DNA of 64,000 nucleotides. It comes from the human T2T-CHM13v2.0 reference genome, Homo sapiens. Positions 1-15,297 of this stretch are shown in pieces. Made by a program: the position numbers and the translations under genes. The stretch's first letter is position 1. Each line of letters begins with the position of its first letter. The DNA lies in the NCBI RefSeq assembly GCF_009914755.1, contig NC_060947.1; one strand, given 5' to 3'. The notes under the pieces are model-generated. The model saw only the letters and a program-made list of their open reading frames with translations, was not told the origin of the DNA and searched no databases.

Positions 1-444
1 TCCTCAAGTGCGGTCTGCCTGCTTGACAGTCTGTCTGTCCCTTCATCTGTCTACCTGCCCCCATCCCACCTCGCCCTTGTAGTTAGTTGTGCAGCCATTC
101 CCGTGCCTGCTTTCCTCCCTCAGGTCGTCTCTTGGGGTCCTCTATAGCTCTCAGAATTCCTCCTCCCAGACACTCCTTCCCCAGCCTGGCTCATGGGAAG
201 GGACAGAGATGCAGAGCAAGGCTGGGACACAGTAGGCTTTGCAGGCTTCAGAGGAATGGCAGCGGGTCAAGAGCAGTGACCTAGTGGCCCTCAGCCCTGG
301 ATGGAGGACAGAGGCAGAGGGGTGGGCTGGCCTCTTCCCTTGCCTCCTGCACATTTGCTTACAGCAACAAGGTGCTTTGGCAGCTCCATTTTCTCCTGCC
401 TGACTCTTCCTCAAAGGTTCCAGTGTGTTATCTAAACACCTCTG

Positions 445-700
445 AGACTTCTCCCCTCCCCCATTTCCTCTTGCTCTCTCTTCTTTTTTTCACTCTACTC
501 CTCTCTTCCTCCCCCCTCCCTGAAATTTTCCTTCACGGACCCTCTGTCCATCTCCATCTCCAATCTTCCTCGCAGTTTCTTCTCTGCGTCTCACTTTCTG
601 TGCCTGTCTGCCTTGCTTCTTTCTTCCTCACTTCCTCTCCATTCCCGGTTTTCTCTTTCCACCTCCCCTGTATCTTCACTCTCTCACACTCTCCTCCAAA
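445..700. repeat. Pyrimidine-rich (C/T) low-complexity tract
   Basis: About 250 nt strongly dominated by C and T on the + strand. Confidence 0.8.
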
Positions 701-3700
701 ACGACAACAGTGAGAAGCCAAGCGTTTTCATTTCTCCCTCAGGGGGAACTCTCCCGCCAGCTCTGCGGAGTTCTGATTGCATGCTGTGGGGAGGGGTCTG
801 TGCCACCTTCTGAGGTTCAATCCTGGAGCTGACTGTGGCCTCCTCAACCTTGCCAGAGAGGGTTTGAGGGGATTGGAAGCTCCTCCACATGGCCTATTGG
901 CTATATGGAAGGATTAATAATGAGGTAGCCGTGAGTGGAACCTGTGCTGCAGCTCCCTTTTGGCTGTGTTATTATTAAGGAAGAGAAATTTTCAAACCAT
1001 AAATGAAAGGGTAAGAAGAGAATTTTAAATGCACACTAAAATATAGACAGGGGTGCTGGGCTTTTGGAGTTGGGACTGAGAACATTACAAGTCTCAAATA
1101 ATGCCTATATGGTCAGTAAATGTAAAATAACCTAAAACATCTTTAGCTGCCCTTTCATCTGCTCACCCTCCCTCCTTGTTTCCTTTAAGCATCATGATCC
1201 CCACTCCATGGGCAGAAACTGAGCCTTACAGAACCTCCCAGGACAGAGCTCCTTGCTGGGGGTCTGGCGGGGAGGGGTGTGGCTCTTGTCTCCTCTGTGT
1301 AACTCACTTCCTGTGGCAAAACTCAACATGTCACTTCTCCTGCTTCAACAGTTCCCCATTGCTCTCAGGCTGCAGCCCAAGGTTGGTCACTCTGCTTGTC
1401 CCACTGATGCATCTAGAGTTTCCTGTTCTGTCTCTCCAGCTTCCTGGTGTTTTTGTATGTTGTTCCCTTTATCCAAAGTACTCTTCCCTCCACTCTTACC
1501 CTTCTGGACTGAGTCTCGTTGTCATTTTGTAAGGAACACTTCTGGAGCTGCCCCCATGTCCCTTGGGTATAGGATAGGAGACTGTCCAATGTGTTCCCAC
1601 AGGACCCTCACCTTTGCAGCACTCTGTCACACTGTCACATTACCAGATTACTTGCCTGTCTCCCCTACTATCGCAAGCTCCCTGATGAGCAGAGACACAT
1701 CATCCACCAAATCCCCAGCACACTATAGGCAATTAGTGAACATTTGTTAAAAGATGCATCCTGGGCAGGAATATTTCCTCAAGCTCAGTGCCTCTGCATC
1801 TCTCTCTGTCAAACAAGAAGTTTGACACACAGAGAGAGGCCAGCATGACGTAATGATAATAAGGAAAAATGAGAAAGCAGTTTTTATTCCCTTGTCCCTT
1901 AGGTCTGCGGCCTCACACTCGGTCATCTGGAATTCTTAGCTAATGGAAGGCATAGGCCCCTGGGGACCTGTCTATTGTCTCGGTCCCACCTCCTGTGTGC
2001 CAGATTGGATCTCTGAGTGCTGAGATCATAGCAGGATCAGCTTCATGAGAGGAAAGATCCCTTCTTGTGAGAGGCTGTAGCTATGACCAAATGTTTGGCT
2101 GACATGGTGAAGAGATACAGCTTTCCTAGGGTGCTGGAAGCAGGCTCTTGGGGTATAGAAGGGAGAAAGGGAGGTAAAGAACTGGGTAAGCTGCACTAGG
2201 CGTTCACAAACAGCAGGAGAGGTGGGAATTGGAAGAATTCCCTGTAACAACAGGAAGCGACACTTTCCAAAGATGACCTCAGCATTTTCTGCTGTGGGAA
2301 GAGTACAACGTTGTGTTGAGCCTCACCCCATAACCTTTTTCTCTTCTCATCACTAAGCTATGGAGTATATGCATCATCATGTTCCAAAATGTATCGCACC
2401 CTTTTCCTGTTTTGCAACTGGCTGCCATACTCACCCGAGAACTGGCTTTATTGCAGTGCTGAAGTTGTATAGAAGCTACAATAGGCAAAATGTTTTTCAG
2501 AATGAAAGATATTATTTTGTCATGAAAAAACTACCAAACTGCTAAAAATGGATTAAGCACATTTTCGTAAGTGTTTCATTCCAGAAAAGAGTCTGCCACG
2601 TTTCAACCCTATGCAGGGAAAATTGCAACTGTGCCCTGCTGATAAGCAGGCTTCCTGAAACCTCAGTCTGAGGAGCAGCAGGTCTGCATTGGGATGGGTA
2701 TTGTTTGGTAAATTCAGTGACTTCTAGGGCTACATTTTGGGGGGCAAAGTTGGAGAACCATTTGGCATACCTTTCTGGACTCAACTTCAATTACCCAGAT
2801 GGTATGGCCCCCGGATTGCCTATCTCACTTATTGAAGTAGAGAGAGAGCTGAGAGGTACCTTGAAAGGCAGGCTGTGTTCCCCAATCTGAGGAAACTCTC
2901 AGAGCTTTAGCTACTCTTCAGAAGCACTAGGCTAAGTAGTTGGAGGGGGGTTGAAAAAAAGACAGACACCTTTTTAAAAATCTGCTGACAATGACCGTGG
3001 CGTTTCAGTTGGATCTCTAAGGAGCAAGCCTGCATCTTTTTGCTGCGTGTGAATTTTTCTTTTCAGGGTTATTTTCAACTACCAAAGATATGACAATTTA
3101 CTTGAAAGCGGAGGCTCAACTTCTGGTGCTGAGGAGCACTGGCATCAGAGGCAAGAAGCTCTTCCACCCTTGGGAATTAAGGGGATGGTGCCCAGTGTGT
3201 GGGGGCAGTAGTGGTGGTGGAGGTTTCACAGTCCTAGACTCAGGTGGAGTAAGGAAGAACAAAATTGCAGATATGATAGACACATTCAGTGCTCTCTTGA
3301 CTTTTGGACAGTGACTGGTTCAAGTCTGATGCTTCAAAGATTTGGCTTCATTCTTTTGTTTAATAGAATATTTCAGGTATGAGTTTTGCAGACAAAAACG
3401 TGAAGTATGTGAACTTGGGGAGGCCAGTGGAGAGGTTAACCGAATTCCTCTCAGTCTCCAAAGACAAACCAGATGTGAGCACCAGGATGGCACCAGTGAA
3501 CAATGGCCCTGCCTCTGTTGCTGGGCTCTCTGTTAAGAATCCAGGGAACAACAGAGTGGTGAAGCTCCAGCTAGGGAAGGTGTAGTGACTAGCATCCAGA
3601 TATGCATCATTTCTCTCCTTCTGAATGGACCTTCAGAATCGTTACTCATCACATCAGCCACTTGAGAGCAATTCACTAGCTGTGCAGAAGAGTTTCATTA

Positions 3701-6061
3701 AGGTTTCCACAGAGTTTGCATTGACTTTCCTTGTCTCTTGGCTCTTGTAACTCTGCAACATTCTTGTTAGGGGATGATAGGACCATGTCATGCCTCTCCT
3801 CAAAGGTAAATTGGTTTTTGCTTGTGATCATGTTCATGAATATCTTATTTTACTCATTTGGGGATTGTGATAATGCATGCTATGTAAGGCATGAAGCCCT
3901 TACATAACATAAAAGCAACAGAACTTGGAAAAATGAATATTTACTGTGTGGAATGGATCACACTCCCACTAATTCATGCATGCATTCAACAAATATTTAT
4001 TGAGTGCAAATCATATGCCAGATGCCAGATATTCTAGGCTCTGGAGATACAACAGTGAAAAAAGCAGATGGAGTCCATGCCCTCATGTAGCTTAGATTCT
4101 AGTGGGTCACTAATGTAATTCCTTCCCAAAGAAGGCTTCTGCCTGAGTCATCAGCAATGCCCCAGGGCCTGAGTGCCTCTCACAGCATATGAGTAGGGCA
4201 TTTATTATATGGCCTAGAAAACAGACTATTTTTTTCAGCAGGCAGTAATGAGCTTCATTTTTATCTATCCCAGAATCTTTCTGCTAGTCACATCACACAG
4301 GTCATCACCTGCTAGACACCCTTTCAAGAAGCTTATCCTTCAATAATCCAACCCTACAGAACACGCATGCCCAAGAACCCTGAAAAGATAATCTCATGAT
4401 TATCTCATGATGCATACATATTTGTCTGCAACTGTTAATAAGCACCTTCCTCACTAGAAGAGTTAGGCGAGATTAACAGCATCCTTAGCTGTGGTGCTTC
4501 TCTGAGTGGTTTCCAATTATTTAGGATCCTTCCTTCCTTCCTTCTTCCCCCTTCAATCTTTTCACTTTATCTTTCCTTCAGTCTATCTTTCTGTCTGTTC
4601 TCCTGTCTTTTCTTCTGTTTTTCTTTTTTGGTTTTACTATGAATAAATTTAATGTTTGTTGTAATAGGACACTGGACACTAAAGTAAAGAACAGTTTGGT
4701 TGATTACTACATAGAATTGTGCACAAATCTGAATTTGCATTACTAACACCAATCACATAGTTATAGTTGGCAAATGTTATATGCCAAAATTATAAATTTA
4801 ACATTACAAATGATGTACTAGCCTAAATTTGCACTTCTGTAGTGTTCATTATCTGAGTATACACGTGTGCATGCAGACACACACACACACACAGAACTCT
4901 CCTTGATAATCTGAAGATGATATCCCTGTTGCTAACAATTATTATCCAAGAGTGTGTGGCCAAAGAAATTGGAGTGTGATGACTAGTCCATTTTATCCTG
5001 AGTACAGGTAGATCTTGTCTTTGTTTTGTGGCTGAGGTCTCTACATTTACTGTGCTAATGAAGTGCTTCTAGCCAGTCACTTGCCCAGAATAATTGGAAT
5101 CCCTAGGTAAGATGCCAAATTGAGCCACTTCTCTTTGTACAAGGTAGGGGAGGTATTCATTTTGCAGAGTTATGTCGCATATGGCCCCAAATCACAGATT
5201 CTAATCAATGACAGGCACTCCTAAAGAGTCATCTCAGATACTAATCAGACAATAGGCAACTCCAAACCACATAGCAGGTCACACACATGAGCTTTTGCTG
5301 CCACCCACTCCTGCACTGTCAGCAACATCATCGTCAGACACTAAGAGAGTGTTGCTTTGAGAACTCTGACTTTTCTTTCCTGCCCATTGTCAGTTTCTTT
5401 CTGTAACCTTTACATTGCCTTTCTAACCACACATTAAATCCCACGTGTTCTATAATCCCCTCACTTTCCACAGCAGTGTGCCCACTGCTGAGTCAAAGGC
5501 AGGTGCTGTTTCACAACTGCAAATCCAGTACAATCAGCCTCAATTATGGGCCAGTTTCAGGAAAGACAAATAGGATGCTGAGGACTTGACATTTTCAGAC
5601 AAGCCATGGCATAGATCCAGGAAGTCTGCTCAGTTGCATCACCTTAAGCAAAAGCACTTGGGAGACCAAATTATTTTCCGTGTACAGAACCAGGTATATG
5701 AAATGGTAGGATAAAGTAGAAGAGGACTATTTAGAAAGTTCACTGAGTAGGGATGAACATTTTAGCACTGCAGAGAAACACCCAGGAGGAAACTGGAAGT
5801 GAGGGCCAGGGAGCTCAGCTCATCCTGAGCTCTGGAGGTAGAGAATTTGAAGTGGCTCTTTTCTGATGGCTCTGATTCTGGCTAAATGTTTGCTGAGATT
5901 CTGTTCAAGATAAAGTAGCAACCAGCAGCAGTCAGAAGATTCCCAGAGAAGGCTAAACTAAAGAGATAAGCCTCAGACCAGAGACCAAATCCTGGAGCAG
6001 CTGTTAATCAGTGCTAAGAAGACCAGGGCCTGGGGAGTCTTAGCTCATGTTAATTGCATTA

Positions 6062-6398
<337 letters not shown>

Positions 6399-7178
6399 TC
6401 ACCATAGATTCTAATGGTTCCATAGGTCCCTCCCCATTTCTTTACCCCAAAAAGATTCTTTTGACCCTATGAAGACTGGAAAGTCATTCTAGTTACTATG
6501 AAAGAGAAGTTTCTGGCCCTCATGTGTGTCCAAATTATCAGAGATCAGGAAAATCCTTTGTTTCAAGTTGATGGAATACATATCAATTATTCAATCAATT
6601 TCAGTGTCTTTAACTCCTAGTTTGAATGTGATCTACTATTATCGGTCTTTCTTAGATTCATTTTACAGATGGGAAAAAGAAGACTAAAAACTATACATCT
6701 CTGTCTTCTCTGCCTCACATTTTATACTTTCACTCTCATTCCAACTCCACTTTCCCAAACATAACTAATACCATGTTTGCAAGTTGGTGAAAATCAAGCC
6801 AACCAAAAAGATAGACTGGAGCAGAAATAATGCAAGGCTTCTTTTTGTAGTTAGTGTTCTGAAAATATTTAGATGTGTGTCTCATGTCCAGTTTCATATT
6901 CAGTCTTTGGCCTCTCCACTGCTCTGCATCTACTCAGACCTCTACTCACCTGCAGGTTCAGAGTATCATCTTCCAGAGATCAACTGAAGTCTCCTGATAC
7001 CCAATAGGAATCAAGGTCATTCTCTTCATCTGAAGAATGGGGCAATAGGAAGTATAGAACGATCTGTTCATGAGCCTTGATTCTGCCATGCAGCTCCCTT
7101 TGGGCTCAGCAGATGAGTAGAGAGTAGAGAAAGGATAAGCATCCTGCTTTCCTAGGAATCAAAGGCCCCCTGGAGACT

Positions 7179-7466
7179 CTTTTTTTTTTTGAGACAGGGT
7201 CTCATTCTGTCACCCAGGCTGGAGCACAGTGGTACAGCCACAGGCTCACTGTAGCCTTGACCTTCCGGACTCAAGCAATCCTCCCACTTCGGCTTCAAGA
7301 GTAGCTGGGACTACAGGTGCATTCCACCATACCTAAGTTTTTATTGTGTAGAGATGGGGGTCTCACTTTATTGCCTAGACTGGTCTTGAAACTTGGGTTC
7401 AAGTGATCCTCCTGCCTCAGCCTCCCAAAATGCTGGGATTACAGGTGTGAGCCACTGTTCCTGACC
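7179..7466 (-). mobile_element. Alu (AluJ type)
   Basis: Diverged dimer; TSD cctggagact. Confidence 0.92.
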
Positions 7467-9683
7467 TCCTGGAGACTTTTGTAGGAAGAAACTAAACTTT
7501 CTCCAGCCTGCATTCCACAGAGCTTGGCGATGGCATAGGCCTTTTTCCCAAAGTCAAACAAGTTCATCATCAAGTCAAGAGACAAAGCCACGTAGGCCTA
7601 TCCCCCAACTGGCTGCTCCAGTCAAGTAAGAAGAAACTGGATCCTTAAATATTAAGTAACAGTGAGTAGTTGTGATCAATACTTCCTCCCAAATGAAACT
7701 TTGCTGTGACTTACGGTGAAGTTGTCTCCATCCTAGTAAGGGGATCATTTCAGCCACTAGACAAATCATGGATGAAATGAATATGGTGGTTTTTTTTTTT
7801 TTTAAGGGGTTAAATCTTCTTTGCTCCACCACTTCCTGACTCCTGCCACCAACCCTCTTCAACCCTGCCCTATAGCTTGGCCTAGCACTACCATGAGCAG
7901 AGATGGAAGTAGCCTTGACTGTAATTTTCGACAATTTAGAAGTGCCTTGTGGCTTCTATTTGGTGCCTGAAATATATTGATTTGGTGAGGAAAGGGAAAA
8001 AGACTGAAATTCAAGTGGAGATTCTTGCATGGGGCAAAGGAACAAGAAGGGCTAGAATCCCCCATACTCCCCAACATCTCATGCAAAACCACCAAGTTAT
8101 ATAACGTTAGAAATGACCAGATATTAAAGATCTAATTCAGTCTCCTCTTTTTGAAGGCCACAGAAGGGTGAAATGACAGGCTCAAGGTGATCCGTGATTT
8201 GGTGCAGGGTTTAGATTAGATCTCAGAAACTTTGGCTTCCAGGCCAGCTGCCCCCGTCACATTACTGCTTTCCCCCAAAAGCTCAAACCTGTCCTCTGCT
8301 TTGTGCTTTGTGACATTTCCCCTTGGCCTCTCTCCACAAGGCACCCATGTGCACTCCTATACACAGTGCACTGCACCGTGTAGCCATGAACTCTCCCTGA
8401 CAGGCACAGGCCCAGGCAATCTGGCCTTCCCAAGTTGCAGAAAATGTTCAGCAGTGGGGCCAAGGGGGTCCTTTAATATTAAGCCAAAAGTCAGCTAAAG
8501 TATCCACACACAAACTACTTCCTCCACTATTTACTCAGTAACTCATTCTCCTTCTTAAATCAGAGCTGAGAGAATAAAGAGGATAAGAGAGGAGAAAGCA
8601 AGAGAGAGAAATGGAAATGGCCAGATTTCCTTAAAATTGTTTGTACTCTCCTCCCTTACCCAAATAATTTATTTAATGTCTGTTCTGTGGAACCACCTTC
8701 CCTTGCAACCCTGGGCATACATTGTCTCAATATAATAATAATAATGTTGCCTCAGCAGTGTCTGTCTGTATCTAGAGACTTTGTCAGCCCAGAAGATTGG
8801 TTTTGGAACCAAATTCTTGCTTTGCAGAGGGCTGGGTCTCTTTTTCTACCACAAGAAGTAAACCATCTGGAAAGAGGAAGCTGCTTACTCTAAGAGATAA
8901 GTAGGGGCATGCCATGGGCAGCCTTGGGTTTCCCTGCTTTGAGAGAGCCAACCCTGAGAGTTGGTAGGAGCCAAGCACCTTCAGGCCCATCTCACCTCTG
9001 GGAAAATTCAGCACCACCCTGCTTTGTTTCTGGTACAACTTTCCCATGTAGAAGTGATTCTGCCTCTAAAAAATTAACCCCTCTATGTCAGGCATCATGT
9101 TAGGTGTTTCCATAGCCGTGATTTCTGTCAACTCGTAAGCATCATTGTCCCCAGAAACAAGCTCAGAAATGGCAAGTGGAGAGACAGACTTCATAGACAG
9201 GATTCCTGACACTCAGCGGTCTCTCCACAACACAGTTTCCTATGGATAGGCTGGGCAGAGCCTAACTCATGGGAAATACTTGCTAAACGTGTGTTGCATG
9301 AATGAACAAATGAGAGACTGTGTGAACGAACTGAAGAGAGAAGAGGCTCAGGGTGAGAGCTCCTCCACTCCCTTTCTGCTTCACTGCTCCCATGGGCCTA
9401 AGCAGAAGGACATGTGTTTTTTTTACAGGACAGTTTTATTGACCAGGGGCACCCTTCAAATAATGCTGATGAAAGGGTTTGCCAGGACCCCATTCCCATT
9501 CAATGAATGCAGACAGGATCTTCTTTTGAAACCTCTTCATGAAAGGGGGCAGACTTGGCTGTCAGACTGCCTAGGTTTAAATCCTGACACTACTACTAAC
9601 TAGCTCCATGACCTTTTCCAAGTGTCATAACCAGTCTAAGTCTCCGTTTCCCTATGTGTGAAGTGAAGTCATAAATAATACCT

Positions 9684-9945
<262 letters not shown>

Positions 9946-10979
9946 AAACCTATGCCATCAGAATTGTCATGAAGATTAAATGTGACAATAGATATAAAGC
10001 TCTAAAGTAGGGTCAGGCATATGATCAACACTCAAAAAACCCCAACTGTTACTATTCTCCACCTTGCAGCCTTTGTTTCCCTTCATCTGCTCTGTGGGCT
10101 AAAATGGTTTTACTAAACTGTGTCCCCTAGCTCAGGGAGATGGGATGGTGGTGGTGTGGTGAGACACCAGAAGAGAGGGCGTGGGATTTCAAGAGAGCAC
10201 CATAGAGAACTCACCCAATGCAAAGACCAACACTTACTAGGCCATCAGAACCGCAGCTGATAAAATATCCTGGAAGAGGGCTTAGCTCTGGGAGAAGAGA
10301 GGTGGTTGGAAATATTTGTCTAGGGAAGCAGGGACAGGAATTGTGGGGACAGAGAAAAAAAAGAGATCGAAGGGAAAGGAAGGATGGGAGACAGGAGAAG
10401 AAAAGGTTTGGGAGAGACAGGGAGGGGCTAGGAAAGCCCAGAAGGAGCTAAATTGCTACTGGAACATTAAGCACAAATGAGGGGGAATAAAATTAACATC
10501 TTTATTGAAAAGAAAAACAAGGAAGTAAGAAATATCCCTGTTTGGGGAAATATTGTGTAGAATGGAGCAGGTGCTGGGGGCCTTTGGAGGCTGGTTGCCA
10601 TGGCGATGCTATATGTCATCTTTTCTATTACCCTGTGAATATGTTAGCTGATAGTTTCTTTCTGCTCCAGTTTCTAAGACCAGGGCTTAGCCCTTGGTAA
10701 AGCTTTGATCATTCCCATCTCAAACACATTGGTTATGCTGTGGGACCTACTGGCTTATTGTCATGTCTCCTTTTTGATATGACACTGTCCAGAAACAAAC
10801 AGGAGAAAGCATGCATGCTGGGGAGTTGGAGGGAGAAGACTCTTCTGTGTACCTCTTGTCACATGGATGAGAAGGCAAGTTTGGCAGGTGGGAGCACCTT
10901 GGCAGTAGGGAGACTGGGGAGACTTTTAGTGACTCCTCCCTTTTCTAGGTGAATCCAGCTAGGCACTTCTCTAGGACAC

Positions 10980-11118
10980 TAGGTTAACCAGTCATCCTCA
11001 TTTGCCAAAGATATTAGGGATCCAATTAATATCAAGACTGAGGATTTCCTGGGACACAGAATTTTTAATGCTAAAACTGGGAGAGTACCAGGCAAACCAG
11101 GAGGGTTGGTCTCCTTAA
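10980..11118. mobile_element. hAT-Blackjack type MITE (MER81/MER94-like)
   Basis: Degenerate TAGGGTGACCA-type terminal inverted repeats (taggttaacca ... tggtctcctta). Confidence 0.55.
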
Positions 11119-11133
11119 GAAAAAATCCACTTA

Positions 11134-11464
<331 letters not shown>

Positions 11465-11658
11465 GAAACTCCAAGCTAAAGAGAGCCTACACTCTTCCGA
11501 GCCTGATATTAGAAAAAACGACATGCAGAGACCAGAGATAGCTTTTGAGAGAAAGTCACTATTAAACCCAGGCTTGTAAACATGGGCGGTGGTTTACTAG
11601 CTCAGTTTTTGCCACCAACCCATTTTCCTCATACTATGTAGTATGTCAAGAGATTCCC

Positions 11659-11963
11659 GGCCAGGCACGGTGGGTCATGCCTGCAGTCCCAGCACTTCGG
11701 GAGGCCAAGGCAGGTGGATCACCTAAGGTCAGGAGTTTGAGACCAGCCTGGCCAACATGGTGAAACCCCATCCCTACTAAAAATACAAAAATTAGCTGGG
11801 CGTGGTGGTGCATGCCTGTAGTCCCAGCTACTCGGGAGGCTGAGGCAGGAGAATCACTTGAACCCAGTGGGGCAGAGGTTGCAGTGAGCCAAAATTGCAC
11901 CACTGCACTCCAGCCTGGGTGACAGACGAGACTCTGCCTCAAAAAAAAAACAAAAAACAAAAA
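11659..11963 (+). mobile_element. Alu (AluS type)
   Basis: Full dimer with A tail, followed by MER5-like sequence. Confidence 0.94.
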
Positions 11964-12397
11964 GAAATTCTCCAAGCTTGAGCAACCTCTTGGGGTCCTT
12001 GTTAAAATGCATTCTTGGGCCCCATCATTACTGCTTGGGCCCCACCATTCTTGGGCCCCACTATGACTGCTCACTAAAATGCTCTCAGGCGAGTGCAGCC
12101 TAGGTATCTGTATCTTATCAAGTTTTCCTGGTGACTCTGATACACGTCGTATGTGGGCTAGGCTTTGGGAAAGCCCATGTGGTGGCAGTCAGAGTTTGAC
12201 AAGTGGAAGCCAATAAGCATCCAGACCTCAGAGAGCCTCACTCCTCTAAGACAAAACCGTTTGGAAATGACCTGGGCCAGGGAAAGGAACTCACCTTGCC
12301 CTTCCACCTGCACCAACTTCTCCTTCACTCTTTGCCTGTTTGATGCCTTCTCTTTCTTTCTCAGTGTCCAGATTTAAACATCATCTCTTTGGCGTTC

Positions 12398-12695
12398 TTA
12401 TTTATTTATGTGTTTTTTGACATGGAGTCTCCTTCTGTCACCCAGGCTGGAGTGCAGTGGTGCACCTTGGCTCACTGCAACCTCTGCCTCCCGGGCTCAA
12501 GCAATTCTGCCTCAGGCTCCTGAGTAGCTGGGTTTATAGGCGCCTGCCACCAGGCCTAGCAAATTTTTGTATTTTTGTAGAGACGGGGTTTTGCCATGTT
12601 GGCCAGGCTGGTCTCCAACTCCTGACCTCATGTGATCCACCCACCTCAGGCTCCCAAAATGCTGGGATTACAGGCATGAGCGACCTCACCCAGCT
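12398..12695 (-). mobile_element. Alu (AluS type)
   Basis: Reverse-oriented full dimer. Confidence 0.93.
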
Positions 12696-13074
12696 GCCTT
12701 GGAGTTTTTTCCTGGCCCCTTACCCAATCTTATTGGTGCTCACAACATCTTGGGTTTTTAAAAAACTCTATTGTGTCTCACATTCATGTGTGTGATTCTT
12801 CAGAGATGCTCCTCCTTAGTAGCTTCTAAGCTCCACGAGGGTGAGGCCTGGGCCTGATTTTCTCATTGCTGTGCACCCTACAGCACCTAGCTTAGGGCCA
12901 GGCACAGGGTAGGTGCCAGCTAAACATTTGTAAATGAATACATGAATGAATAAATACAAGAATGGATGAGGAGGCACTGGTGCCTGCCCTAGCTTGGACA
13001 ACAGTGCTGAGTGTCAGTTGCTCCATGGGGGCTCATCTTAGCTGCTCTGGTGGCAAGGTTTCTTGCAGCATCAT

Positions 13075-13943
<869 letters not shown>

Positions 13944-14285
13944 TTAAATGGTTTTTCAGGGTCACATATCTCGGAAGATATGTGGGATGTAAACCCAGCA
14001 GCCTGGCCCCAGAGCCCATGGTCTTCATGGCAGCAGCATGTGTGCCGCCTCTCATGTGTACAAGTGAATGAAGAATGAAAGGTAAGCAGCGCACCGTGGT
14101 CATCCCCGCAGCCAGGAGCCTCCAGAGGTGCCATTCAGTCTCTCAAGTCCCTGGGTTTTGGGGACTCCCTGTCACAACCCCTTTGGGGTAGCCTCCCACC
14201 CCTGCCACTGCATCTCTTCCTCCCCTTGTCTTCTCTCTGTCTAATTGTGAGTGCTGCGCTAAGTAGGTCACTCCCACTGAGGGCT

Positions 14286-14592
<307 letters not shown>

Positions 14593-14659
14593 TTAATGAG
14601 AAGTTTTGCCATACCAAGGCAGCAAAGATGAATAATTCAGTGAAGAAGGAATGTTATTC

Positions 14660-15297
<638 letters not shown>

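Noticed and set aside
372-721. Hydrophobic 113-aa ORF and its charged antisense ORF
   Set aside because: Explained by C/T low-complexity composition; non-ATG start and no recognisable homology.
9007-9027. TTCAGCACC, left half of a REST/RE1 site
   Set aside because: The GGACAG right half is missing.
12011-12072. CTTGGGCCCC repeated three times with short spacers
   Set aside because: Small local duplication inside a MER5-like relic; too short and irregular for any array, and CRISPR does not apply to this genome.
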